NCBI GenBank assembly: GCA_963701945.1
Contig: CAVPBV010000017.1
Span: 184,172 to 248,171, forward strand
Direction: 5' to 3'
DNA from: an uncultured Solirubrobacterales bacterium
Lineage (GTDB): Bacteria; Actinomycetota; Thermoleophilia; Solirubrobacterales; Solirubrobacteraceae
DNA length: 64,000 bases
Position 1 is the first letter of the stretch, and the number at the start of each line of letters is the position of its first letter. The translations under genes and the position numbers were made by a program. The notes beneath the pieces are model-generated. The model worked only from the letters and a program-made list of their open reading frames with translations. It had not been told where the DNA came from and searched no databases. Below are positions 38,561 to 48,086 of the stretch, in pieces.

Positions 38561-40117
38561 ATGGCACAGCGTGTGGAGATCCCGGGCAGTGCGCGAGCGG
38601 TTGACCCGAAGCATCCGCGAGTCGGGGGCGTGGACCCGGACAAGACGATCGAGGTGACCGTGTACATGCGGCCGTCGGGATCGCTCGACTGGGTCGATCA
38701 GGAGGCCGGTCGCGCCCCGGCCGAGCGGAAGACCGTGTCGCGCGAGGAACTTGCGAACGCGACCGGCGCGAGCGACGAGGACATCGCCGCCGTGCGTTCG
38801 TTTGCCGGCGAGTACGGCCTCGAGGTGGTCGCAGTCGACAAGGGCCGCCGGGCGATGACGCTGCGCGGCACAGTGAAAGCGGTCGCGGAGGCGTTCGAGG
38901 CGCAGGGGTTGCAGGTCTACGACCACCCAACCGCCGGGCACTACCGCGGCCGCCAGGGGCCGCTCACCGTTCCAAGCCCGCTGGGGGGCGTGATCACCGG
39001 CGTGTTCGGGATCGACGACCGGCCACAGGCGCGGGCGCATCTGCGCAGGCTCGCTCAAGCAAGCGCCGCCCAGTCGTACACGCCGCCGCAGGTCGCCGCC
39101 GCCTACAGCTTTCCCACCGGCGTCAACGTCTCAGGTCAGACGGCGGCGATCCTCGAACTGGGCGGCGGGTTCAGCCAGACCGACCTCAACACCTACTTCC
39201 AGAGCCTCGGGGTCACGGCGCCCACCGTTACCGCGGTCAGCGTCGACGGCGGCACCAACTCGCCGGGCACCGACACCGACGCCGACGGCGAGGTCATGCT
39301 CGACATTGAGGTGCTCGGCGCCGTGGCGCCCGGCGCCAAGATCGTCGTCTACTTCGCGCCCAACACCGACCAGGGCTTCATCGACGCGCTCTCGACCGCG
39401 GTGCACGACAGCACCAACAAGCCGTCGGTCGTCTCGATCAGCTGGGGCGGTCCCGAGGATTCCTGGACGGCGCAGGCGCAAACGCAGATGGAGCAGATCC
39501 TCACCGAGGGAGCGGCCGCCGGCGTCAGCGTGACCGTGGCCGCGGGCGACAACGGGTCGACCGACGGAGTGACCGACGGCAAGCAACACGTCGACTTCCC
39601 CGCCTCGGCGCCACACGCACTCGGCTGCGGCGGAACGAAGCTCACCATCCAGAACGGCCAGATCGCGAGCGAGGTCGTCTGGAACGAGCTCCCCAACGAG
39701 GGCGCCACCGGCGGCGGCATCAGCATCGAGTTCCCCGTGCCCTCCTATCAATCGGCGACCAAGATGCCCGACAACGTCGACACGGGCAAGCCCGGCCGTG
39801 GCGTCCCCGACGTCGCCGGCAACGCAGATCCCACGACCGGTTACTCGATCCTCGTCGACGGACAGCAGCAGACCGTCGGCGGGACGAGCGCGGTGGCGCC
39901 GCTGTGGGCCGGCCTGATCCTGCTGCTCAACGCATCGCTGGGTAAGCCGGTTGGCTTCCTCCAGCCTCAGATCTACGTCGCCTCGGCTTCGGGCGGATTC
40001 CACGACATCACAAAGGGCAACAACCCCGCCTACTCGGCGGGCCCCGGCTGGGACGCCTGCAGCGGGAACGGCTCGCCGAACGGTGGCGGCCTGTTGAAGG
40101 CACTCGGCGGAAGCTGA
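38561..40117 (+). CDS. S53 (sedolisin/kumamolisin) serine protease with prodomain
   Basis: AGGAGG RBS, prodomain, EVMLDIE, SISWG, AAGDNG, RGVPDV and GGTSAVAPLWAG. Confidence 0.93.
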   Translation: MAQRVEIPGSARAVDPKHPRVGGVDPDKTIEVTVYMRPSGSLDWVDQEAGRAPAERKTVSREELANATGASDEDIAAVRSFAGEYGLEVVAVDKGRRAMTLRGTVKAVAEAFEAQGLQVYDHPTAGHYRGRQGPLTVPSPLGGVITGVFGIDDRPQARAHLRRLAQASAAQSYTPPQVAAAYSFPTGVNVSGQTAAILELGGGFSQTDLNTYFQSLGVTAPTVTAVSVDGGTNSPGTDTDADGEVMLDIEVLGAVAPGAKIVVYFAPNTDQGFIDALSTAVHDSTNKPSVVSISWGGPEDSWTAQAQTQMEQILTEGAAAGVSVTVAAGDNGSTDGVTDGKQHVDFPASAPHALGCGGTKLTIQNGQIASEVVWNELPNEGATGGGISIEFPVPSYQSATKMPDNVDTGKPGRGVPDVAGNADPTTGYSILVDGQQQTVGGTSAVAPLWAGLILLLNASLGKPVGFLQPQIYVASASGGFHDITKGNNPAYSAGPGWDACSGNGSPNGGGLLKALGGS

Positions 40118-40176
40118 ACCCGCTCGCTCCGGCGGCGCCGGCGCCCGCGGTCCATGTTAAACCGCTCCGATGGCAA

Positions 40177-40259
40177 CGAATGCGTCTTGTTATGTGCAAC
40201 AGGCATTGGCACATGACCCGGTGAATAGGGTGGCGAATGCGTCTTGTTCTGTAACAGGC
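40177..40259. promoter_or_regulatory. Two imperfect direct repeats with internal dyads upstream of the TA locus
   Basis: CGAATGCGTCTTGTTATGTGCAACAGGC (40177-40204) and CGAATGCGTCTTGTTCTGTAACAGGC (40234-40259). Each carries TGTT-N4/6-AACA. Confidence 0.5.
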
Positions 40260-40661
40260 GTGACGGATCGGGTCGTGGGAGATCGAGTTCACACCCGAGG
40301 CGCAGCAGTGGTTCAAGGGTTTGGGTGCGAAGGACGCTGACCGAATTGGGGCGGCGATCGAGGAGCTGCGAGAGCGTGGGCCGAGTCTCGGTCGGCCCCG
40401 GGCGGACTCGATCCGTGGCTCGCGTCACCACAACATGAAGGAGCTCCGTTCAGCGGGAGGTCATATCCGTGCCCTGGTTGTCGTTCGATCCAGCGCCGGC
40501 GTGCAGTGATTTTGCTCGGAGGTGACAAGACGAACGACTGGAGAGGTTGGTACGTGCGCAATATCCCACTTGCTGACAAGCTCTACGACAGGCATCTGCG
40601 TTCGATCGGAATCTGGAGAGACCATGGCCGGGCCGAACAAGAGCTGGCGAGCGGTCCGTGA
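40260..40661 (+). pseudogene. Frameshifted RelE/HigB (Gp49-like) toxin
   Basis: Pieces in different frames: WEIEFTPEAQQWF..GPSLGRPRADSIRGSRHHNMKELR / FDP / RRAVILLGGDKTNDWRGWYVRNIPLADKLYDRHL. Confidence 0.75.
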
Positions 40662-40939
40662 GCAGAGACCGCTGAACGAAGCGCGAGTTGCGATGTACTG
40701 GCCGGATCATGGACGCGGAGGATCGACTCGAGCCCGCTGCGCCGGCGCCGGGGCGTCAGGGAGACGGCGTTCGGTGACGCGCTCGAGGCGAGCGAATCGG
40801 CGAAAATGGCGAACGCCGAGACCTTTACCTCGACGCACCGTCACCCGAGTACGTCGCCGCGCTCGGCGGCCACCTCGAAGTCCGCGCTGTGTTCCCGGAG
40901 GAGGCGATCACCCTCTTGCGTGAGCCCGCCTCGAAGTGA
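40624..40939 (+). pseudogene. Frameshifted XRE/HigA-like antitoxin
   Basis: MAGPNKSWRAVREQRP / LRRRRGV / DLYL..YVAALGGHLEVRAVFP, split across frames. Confidence 0.65.
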
Positions 40940-41018
40940 GGACAGCGACTCCGGGGTGGAGCGATGACGCACGCGCAGACCCGCCGCCGCTGACAGACCG
41001 CGGCGGCGGGTCCGCAAC

Positions 41019-42380
41019 TCACCCAGAGCCCACCCGGGTGTGGTTCCCCCGAACCAGCTTGAACGCCCCGGCGCGGCCGCCGGCTAGGTCTATTCGGACG
41101 GCCGCACCGGGGTGCGTTGAATCTGGACGCCCGTCGGCGGAAGTGTGCGGAGGTGCGACCGGCCGCGTGGCGGCGCGCGGGACCAGGAACGCCGTGATCG
41201 CGGCGAGAGTCAGCGTGGCGAGCACGGCTGCGACCACAAGTACAAGGGTCAACGGGTTGCCACGTTTCGTGGTGGGCTGGAGGCGAGGAGCCAACTCGCT
41301 CGGAGCGTCGAAGACGATCGATCCGAGCGTCCTCCACGTGCCCGGCTCGCGGCCCGCGGTCACGAGCGCGGCTTGTCCATGCGAGCGCCGCGCCGGCAAC
41401 GTGGCGGGCTGACGACCGGCTCTTCTCGCGGGCGTCACCGGTGTGACTCGCGGGTCGATGAGACGGGCGTCCCGCCGCCAGTAGGGACCGAGCCTGCCGA
41501 CCACGATCTCCTCGAGTTCGTCCCACGCTGCGGACGGGCTGCTCGGGCGCCAACGCGGATCCTTGACGAGCAGCCGGTCGATCCAGGCCGAGACATCGGG
41601 ATCCGTTTCGGGGTTCAGACGGATCGCGGACGGAGTCTGCTGGTTCACCTGCCGCATGAGCACGGCTGTCCGGCCGCCATCGGGGAACGGCAAACGCCCG
41701 ACCATCTGTTCCCAGGCAATCACCCCGATCGCATACAGATCGGTCCAGGGACCGACGTCCTCGCCCATGACCTGCTCGGGCGCCACGTAAGCCGGGGTGC
41801 CCGCGGTGATGCCCGTGGCGGTCAGGAAGGTTCCGGTTCCCACGGCCTGACACGCCTGCGCAATTCCGAAGTCTGCGATCTTCACCCTGCCGCTGCCGGC
41901 GACCATGATGTTCTCCGGCTTCAGGGCGCCGTGGATGAGGCCGTACTCCGCGGCGTGCGCGAGTCCGGCGAGAACATCCTCCATCACACCGGCGAATTGG
42001 GCGAGCATCAGTCGCCCGATGTGAGGACGGAGCGAGCCTCGCGGCAGGTGCTCCATCGCAACGTACGGGAGGCCGCGGTGCTCGAAGTGCTCGTACGCGG
42101 TGACGATGCTCGGGTGGTTCAGCGCCCCCGCGGGCCGTGCCTTCCGTAGGAACCGGCGCGCCATGTCCGATGTGCTCGGGTCAAATCTGCGGAGCTCCTT
42201 GAGCGCGAGGTAGCGGTCGAGGGCGTCGTGCCGAACGAGATACACGGTCGCCACCGGTCCGCGGCCGAGCCGGCGCAGCACTTCGTAACGACCGACGCGT
42301 CGCGGGGCGATCGCGAGGGATTCTGGTGGAATGACCATCCCCGCGGGCTCTACCGTCGTATGCCTGTTCCAACTGTCCAT
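41019..42380 (-). CDS. Hanks-type Ser/Thr kinase-like protein lacking the catalytic Asp; start uncertain (ORF open to 42686)
   Basis: GRYEVLRRLGRG, ALKE, LNHPSIV, HGALKPEN (HRD replaced by HGA), KIADFG, GTPAYVAPE and DLYAIG, followed by a C-terminal TM helix. Confidence 0.85.
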   Translation of the reverse strand: MDSWNRHTTVEPAGMVIPPESLAIAPRRVGRYEVLRRLGRGPVATVYLVRHDALDRYLALKELRRFDPSTSDMARRFLRKARPAGALNHPSIVTAYEHFEHRGLPYVAMEHLPRGSLRPHIGRLMLAQFAGVMEDVLAGLAHAAEYGLIHGALKPENIMVAGSGRVKIADFGIAQACQAVGTGTFLTATGITAGTPAYVAPEQVMGEDVGPWTDLYAIGVIAWEQMVGRLPFPDGGRTAVLMRQVNQQTPSAIRLNPETDPDVSAWIDRLLVKDPRWRPSSPSAAWDELEEIVVGRLGPYWRRDARLIDPRVTPVTPARRAGRQPATLPARRSHGQAALVTAGREPGTWRTLGSIVFDAPSELAPRLQPTTKRGNPLTLVLVVAAVLATLTLAAITAFLVPRAATRPVAPPHTSADGRPDSTHPGAAVRIDLAGGRAGAFKLVRGNHTRVGSG

Positions 42381-42802
42381 CTCACCTACAGAGCGAAGGC
42401 GGGCCGTCCTGATACGCCGGCGATCGCGAGTCCCGGCGACGGTCGCGGAGCGGCCCGGAGCCGACGTGAACAGTGCGCACGCCTGTTCCTGCACGGCGAT
42501 CGGCATCGGCTCGAGAGTGTTCACGAGCGCGCTGAGGCGGTCAATCAGACACACGTCAGCCTCGCTGGCCGCTTGGCCACCACCGCCTTCCCTGAGTTCC
42601 ACTCGATGTGAGAGCGGCGTGACTGCGCTCCTGATACGTCCGCGGGGTTCGACGCCTTCTAGTCGACGCGGATCGGCCGTCAGCATCCGGAGTCGCCCTG
42701 ATCGCTCGATCGCAGGCGCGAGAAGGCCCGCCTAGTCACCCAGGCGCCCACCGATAGCTCAGGGCGGCTGTGATCCGGGTGCTGCCCTGTTACCTTTTCC
42801 GC

Positions 42803-45800
42803 GTGGGGCCGGTCCTTGAGCTGGGGTTGCTCGGACCTCTCGAGGTTCGGATCGACCATGGCGCACCCGTCGCGCTGGGAGGCGTAAGGCAGCGGGCGCT
42901 GCTTGCCGTGCTCGCGCTTCACGCCAATCAGATCGTGTCGACCGACCGCATGATCGACGAACTCTGGGGCGAACATCCACCGTCGACGGCCGTACACACG
43001 GTCCAGGTGTTCGTGTCCCGGTTGCGCCGCGCACTGGGTCCGGCCGGGGAGCGACTACTCACTCGGCCACCCGGATACGTGCTCGAGCTGGACGCCGATG
43101 AGCTCGATGCTGCGCGCTTCGAGCGGCTCTATGACAGCGGGCGTTCGATGCTGCGCGCGGGAGACGCCGCCGGCGCCGTCGAGCTCCTTCTGACCGCCCG
43201 GACGTCGTGGCGCGGTCCTCCGCTAGCCGACTTCACCTACGAGCCATTCGCGCAAGCCGCGATCGCACGCCTCGAGGAGTTGAGGTTCAGCTGCCTCGAG
43301 GAGCTAATCGAAGCCGAACTCGCTCTGGGACGCCATCAGCAGTTGGTGCCGGAGTTGGAGGCCTTCGTGCGCGAGCGGCCGCTTCGCGAGCGGGCGCGAG
43401 GTCAGCTCATGCTCGCGCTCTACCGGTGCGGGCGCCAGGCCGAGGCGCTCGAAGACTTCCGCGAGGCGCGCCAGAGGCTGATCGACGAGTTGGGCATCGA
43501 GCCGGGCGTCTCCCTGCGAGAGCTACACGAGGCGATCCTGCGTCAGGACGCGATCCTGGATCTCCCCGCGCCGGCGTCCGAGAACGCGGGGGCGGAGCTC
43601 GACCAAACTGTGGCTCCACGGCGCGAGCTGTCCGCTCCGTCGCTTCCATCCACGCGCGGTGAGGGTGACGCGGGACTACCAGTCGAGGCCGATGCACCGC
43701 GTCCGGCGCGTCCGGTGCGCAAGGCACGCAAGATCGTCACGGTCCTGTTCGCCGATCTAGTTGAGTTCACCGGCCTGACGCGGCAGTTCGATCCTGAGGC
43801 CCTGCAGCGGCTGATGTCGCGCTGCTTCGATGAGATGCGCGCCGTGTTGGAGGGTCACGGCGGGACCGTCGAGAACTATCTCGGTAACGCGGTCATGGCC
43901 ATCTTCGGCGTACCCATTGTCCATGAAGACGACGCGGTACGCGCGGTCCGGGCTGCCGCCGGCATGCGCGATGCACTGCCCGGTTTGAACCGAGAGCTCG
44001 AGCAAACGTGGGGCGTGCGGCTCGGCATCCGCATCGGTGTGAACACCGGCGAAGTCATCGTGGGCGATCGCGCCGAGGGCCAGCCATTGGCCGCCGGCGC
44101 GGCGGTCAACGACGCCAAGCGGCTTCAGGAGGCGGCCGCGGCCGGCGAGATCCTGATCGGTCGGCCGACGTGCCGGCATGTCGCAGGGGCGGTGCAGATC
44201 GAGCCCGTCGAACCGGGCAGCGGGGATCGTGCTGGGGCGATCGACGCGGTTCGGCTGGTGGACGTGCTTGCCGGTGCGCCCGGGCGTCCTCGTCGCTTCG
44301 ACACGCCGCTGGTGGGCCGCGGCCGCCAGCTCGAGGCCCTCTCGAGCGTGTTCTCCAACGTCGCAGCAGACCGGGCCTGCCATCTCTACACGGTGCTCGG
44401 TTCAGCCGGCATCGGGAAGTCGCGCTTGGGGTTGGAGTTCGTCGAGCATCTGGGTGACGGCGTCACCGTGCTAGCGGGGCGATGCCTACCCTACGGAGAC
44501 GGCATCACGTACTGGCCGCTTGCCGACGCGCTACGGGAACTGTCAAGTTCAGGTGGCCGTCCAGGCGCGCAGCTGTCGGTCGACACGATCGCCGAGCAAG
44601 TTGCCGATGAGCCAAAGGCGCAGTTGATCGCCGAGCGGGTGGCGGCGGTCCTCGGAGTCGGTGCGCCGGTGGCGTGCACGCCGGAGGAGACGTTCTGGGC
44701 GATACGGAAGCTCCTCGAGGCGCTCGCGAGCCGCCGGCCACTCATCGTCGTATTCGATGACGTGCACTGGGCAGAGCCCACATTTCTCGACCTCATCGAG
44801 CACATCGCGGATTACTCCCGGGGGTGCCCGATTTTCATTCTGTGTCTGGCGCGGCCGGAGCTGCTGGACGAGCGTCCGGGTTGGTCAGGCGGCAAGCTGA
44901 ACGCGACCTGCGTATTGCTGGAGCCGCTCAGCTACGACGACAGCGCGGAGCTGATCGCCAACCTGCGCGGGCCGGTACCACTGCCCGCCAAATCGGAGGC
45001 GCGGATTGCTGAGGCGGCTGAAGGTAATCCGCTGTTTGCCGAAGAGCTGCTGGCGATGGTTGTCGACGACACGCAGGCCGGTCGCACGGGTGGGCAGCGG
45101 ACGTCGGACGACTCATCCCGCCTGTCCCTCCCGCCCACGATCCAGGCGCTGCTGAGCGCTCGGCTTGAGCTCTTGCCCGAGGACGAGCGCGCGCTCGTCG
45201 AGTTGGCGTCGGTAGAGGGCACCCAGTTTCACCGCGGCGCGGTCGCCGAACTCGACCCGAATCGGTCCGAGGTGTCCCTGGATCGAATCCTCAGCGCGCT
45301 CGTTCGCCGGGACCTTATCCGGCCGGATCGGGCGACGTTTGCCGGGGAGCAGGCCTTTCGATTTCGCCACGTACTCATCCGTGACGCCGCCTACGAGTCG
45401 CTGCAAAAGGACGCGCGCGCTGAGCTACACGAACGCTTCGCAGTCTGGATCGAGCGCACGGTGGGTAACGGGATACCTGAGTTCGAGGAGATCGTCGGGT
45501 ACCACCTCGAGCTCGCCTATCAATATGTCCGGCTGCTTCGACGCGCCGACGCCGACGATCAAGCCCTGGCAGCCCGGGCATCGCGGCGGCTGGAATCCGC
45601 GGGGCGGAGAGCTCTGCGCCGAAGCGATCTTCCCGCGGCGATTGGCCTGCTCGAACGGGCGGCCGCGCTTCCTGTCGATGACGATCCGCTCCGCCCGACA
45701 CTCCTCGTCGATCTTGCGGCCACGCAGATCGAGGCGGGCAAGCTCACGAAGGCCAAATCCGTGCTCGTCAAGGCCGGGCAGCTGGCGGCCGCAAACCACG

Positions 45801-46873
45801 ACGCGTGCGCGTTCGCACACGTCGAAGTCCAGCGCCAATTCCTGCAGCTCGAGGAGGTCACGGGGCAAGGAACCAACGAAGCGAAGCGGGTCGTCGAGCG
45901 CGTGCTTCCCGTCTTCGAGACGGCGGGCGATCACCTCGGACTGTGCCGGGCGCTCCGCCTTCGGGCCCACCTGTACTGGCTCGAAGCGCACGCAGCCGCG
46001 GCCGCCCGCGCATGGGCAGAGGCGGCCGAGCACGCCCGTGTTGCCGGAGCGGAACGGGAGCGCATCGAGCTTCTCACGTGGGTCGCCTCGTCACACTTCT
46101 TCGGCCCGAGTCCAGTCGACGAGGCGATCAGCAGCTGCGAGCAGATCCGAGGCGAGGTCAGCGCCGACACCGCGGCTGAGGCCGCGACGCTGCATCCGCT
46201 GGCCGGACTGCATGCGATGGGCGGCCGCTTCGCGTTCGCCCGGGAGCTCCTGGCCACCAGTCGCGCGCTCCGCGCCGACATCGACCCGACACTCAACTCG
46301 GCCGTCTCGCATCCCAGGGCGGTCGTCGAGATGCTGGCCGGCGATCCAGCTGCCGCAGAGGCGTATCTAAAGGCAGACTCCGACACTCTTGACGACATGA
46401 ACGATGAGTCGTTGCTCTCGACTACCGACGCGTTCCGCGCGCAGGCGCTTCTCGCGCAAGGACGCGACGAGGAAGCCGAGCACTACACGAGGCTGAGCGA
46501 GCAACGAGGCGCAACGAGCGACCTACTGACCCAAATAATGTGGCGATCCGTCCGCGCCCGTGTTCTCGCCAGGCGCGGGGACATCGAGCAGGCCGAGGCG
46601 CTGGCCAGTCAAGCGGTAAGCCTGGGGGAGCAGACAGACTTCCTCAACACACGCGCAGATGCGCTGCTCGACTTCGCGCACATCCTCCACCTGGCGGGCT
46701 GCCCGGAGGTGGCCCGCGCCAGGGCCGCGGAAGCCCTCGATCTCTACCAACAGAAAGGAAACTCGGTTGCCGCCGTGACCGCTAGTTCGTTCCTGGATCG
46801 TATGACCGATGACGTCACCGCAAGCGGCGGTTCCGCCGATACGGTCGGCGCAGGTCCCATCGTTCGCGAATAA
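42803..46873 (+). CDS. SARP (wHTH+BTAD) / class III cyclase-like / STAND ATPase / TPR multidomain regulator
   Basis: LGPLEV, VSRLRRAL, PLRERARGQLMLALYRCGRQAEAL, VTVLFADL, Walker A GSAGIGKSR, FDDVHWA, GNPLFAEE and FRFRH, then TPR-like helices. TACCTT lies 6 nt before GTG 42803. Confidence 0.88.
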   Translation: MGPVLELGLLGPLEVRIDHGAPVALGGVRQRALLAVLALHANQIVSTDRMIDELWGEHPPSTAVHTVQVFVSRLRRALGPAGERLLTRPPGYVLELDADELDAARFERLYDSGRSMLRAGDAAGAVELLLTARTSWRGPPLADFTYEPFAQAAIARLEELRFSCLEELIEAELALGRHQQLVPELEAFVRERPLRERARGQLMLALYRCGRQAEALEDFREARQRLIDELGIEPGVSLRELHEAILRQDAILDLPAPASENAGAELDQTVAPRRELSAPSLPSTRGEGDAGLPVEADAPRPARPVRKARKIVTVLFADLVEFTGLTRQFDPEALQRLMSRCFDEMRAVLEGHGGTVENYLGNAVMAIFGVPIVHEDDAVRAVRAAAGMRDALPGLNRELEQTWGVRLGIRIGVNTGEVIVGDRAEGQPLAAGAAVNDAKRLQEAAAAGEILIGRPTCRHVAGAVQIEPVEPGSGDRAGAIDAVRLVDVLAGAPGRPRRFDTPLVGRGRQLEALSSVFSNVAADRACHLYTVLGSAGIGKSRLGLEFVEHLGDGVTVLAGRCLPYGDGITYWPLADALRELSSSGGRPGAQLSVDTIAEQVADEPKAQLIAERVAAVLGVGAPVACTPEETFWAIRKLLEALASRRPLIVVFDDVHWAEPTFLDLIEHIADYSRGCPIFILCLARPELLDERPGWSGGKLNATCVLLEPLSYDDSAELIANLRGPVPLPAKSEARIAEAAEGNPLFAEELLAMVVDDTQAGRTGGQRTSDDSSRLSLPPTIQALLSARLELLPEDERALVELASVEGTQFHRGAVAELDPNRSEVSLDRILSALVRRDLIRPDRATFAGEQAFRFRHVLIRDAAYESLQKDARAELHERFAVWIERTVGNGIPEFEEIVGYHLELAYQYVRLLRRADADDQALAARASRRLESAGRRALRRSDLPAAIGLLERAAALPVDDDPLRPTLLVDLAATQIEAGKLTKAKSVLVKAGQLAAANHDACAFAHVEVQRQFLQLEEVTGQGTNEAKRVVERVLPVFETAGDHLGLCRALRLRAHLYWLEAHAAAAARAWAEAAEHARVAGAERERIELLTWVASSHFFGPSPVDEAISSCEQIRGEVSADTAAEAATLHPLAGLHAMGGRFAFARELLATSRALRADIDPTLNSAVSHPRAVVEMLAGDPAAAEAYLKADSDTLDDMNDESLLSTTDAFRAQALLAQGRDEEAEHYTRLSEQRGATSDLLTQIMWRSVRARVLARRGDIEQAEALASQAVSLGEQTDFLNTRADALLDFAHILHLAGCPEVARARAAEALDLYQQKGNSVAAVTASSFLDRMTDDVTASGGSADTVGAGPIVRE

Positions 46874-46899
46874 GTCAACGACTCGCATAGGGGTAATCA

Positions 46900-47367
46900 A
46901 TGCCATCGCAGGGATCAAATATCAACTCGGTTGACCTTAATGTAAACGAGCTCAAGATCATCGGCGAGATCACCGATCCACCAGATTACGACGAAGACTC
47001 GTCGTTGTTACACATCTGGCTGGCCCAGCCCGCATGCCCTGAGGAGGCCGGCGCCGGTCTCGCGATCGCTTGCTTTGGGCTCTCGCCGACTGCGACGAAA
47101 GAGACACCGGGCTTTGTGCGCAAAGGAGATAAATTTAGATTAACCGTCCCGACGGGCGTGCCCGTCTCGGGGGTCGTCGGCACGTTCTTCGAGGGACCAG
47201 CGACCGTATCGGTCATAGCCGTTTTGAAAAAGGGCGACGCAGTGCTGAAAGTCCTTCAGTGGAGCCGTATCGCGATACTGCCCGAGGGTACGGACCCCGA
47301 GGTGGACTCCGCCCTCGACGAGGCCGCCGACAAGGCGGCCGCCCTCAAGGCAATCCAGGGCGCATAG
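46900..47367 (+). CDS. Hypothetical protein, 155 aa
   Basis: ATG preceded by GGGG, natural amino-acid composition, and co-oriented 26 nt after the SARP gene. No family recognised. Confidence 0.6.
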   Translation: MPSQGSNINSVDLNVNELKIIGEITDPPDYDEDSSLLHIWLAQPACPEEAGAGLAIACFGLSPTATKETPGFVRKGDKFRLTVPTGVPVSGVVGTFFEGPATVSVIAVLKKGDAVLKVLQWSRIAILPEGTDPEVDSALDEAADKAAALKAIQGA

Positions 47368-47409
47368 ACGTAACTCCGCAAGGTGAGCCACCGTTCTTGG
47401 CTCTAACGC

Positions 47410-47657
47410 ACGGTGTACCTGCGGCCGTCGGGCTAGCTCGACTGGGTCGATGAAGAAGCCGGTCGACCCCCGTCGGAGCGGCGGACGCTGTCGCGGGAGG
47501 AGCTTGCGGACGCCGCCGGGCGAGCGACCAGGACATCGCCGCCGTGCGCTCGTTTGCCGGCGAGTACGGCCTCGAGGTGACAAGTGTCGACCAGGGACGG
47601 CGAGCCGTGTCGTTGCGCGGCACGGGGCGAGCCGTCGCCGAAGCGTTCGGGGCGCAG
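47410..47657 (+). pseudogene. Decayed partial copy of the S53 protease prodomain
   Basis: Aligns by eye with 38657-38905 (TVYLRPSG*LDWVDEEAGR..DIAAVRSFAGEYGLEV..EAFGAQ). It has an in-frame TAG at 47434-47436 and a 1-nt deletion near 47520. Confidence 0.85.
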
Positions 47658-47799
47658 TGGAGTGACGGCTTGGGGAAGCTCTTGTCGTGGCTCCCGATCG
47701 CGGCGTCTGTTGCAGCGACCAGCTGGGTGCGCCACCGGGCGAGCTGAACCCGCTGGCACTCAGGGCAGCTGCCGACGTGGCGGGTGTGGCCGCAGGCGC

Positions 47800-48072
47800 T
47801 CATTCCACCACGCTCTCGGCCTCGTGGACGACAGCGCGACGGCATGCTTCCGCCAAATGCCATATGCGCTCGAGATCACGTGCGGCTGCCTCTTCTCGGT
47901 CGAGCGCCGCCCGATAGGCGAAGTAGGTCGTCGCGCGTTGCTCCCGCGTGCTTTGGAACCAGGCGCGGAGAACGTCCTCACATTCGCTCTCAGCACTGAA
48001 CCAGGCCAGGTACGCGTCATCGAACAGGCGGACCCCGATCGTTGCAACTTCTGAGTTGGCGTTGTCGCTCAT
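47800..48072 (-). CDS. Small helical protein directly downstream of the ECF sigma gene
   Basis: Strong RBS GGAGG 8 nt before the ATG. The gene starts 14 nt after the sigma stop. Confidence 0.7.
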   Translation of the reverse strand: MSDNANSEVATIGVRLFDDAYLAWFSAESECEDVLRAWFQSTREQRATTYFAYRAALDREEAAARDLERIWHLAEACRRAVVHEAESVVE

Positions 48073-48086
48073 CTTTCTTCCTCCGA

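Noticed and set aside
40177-40259. Possible mini-CRISPR (two ~27-bp repeats, ~29-nt spacer)
   Set aside because: There are only two imperfect copies of unequal length and no cas genes in the window. Operator duplication is a simpler explanation.
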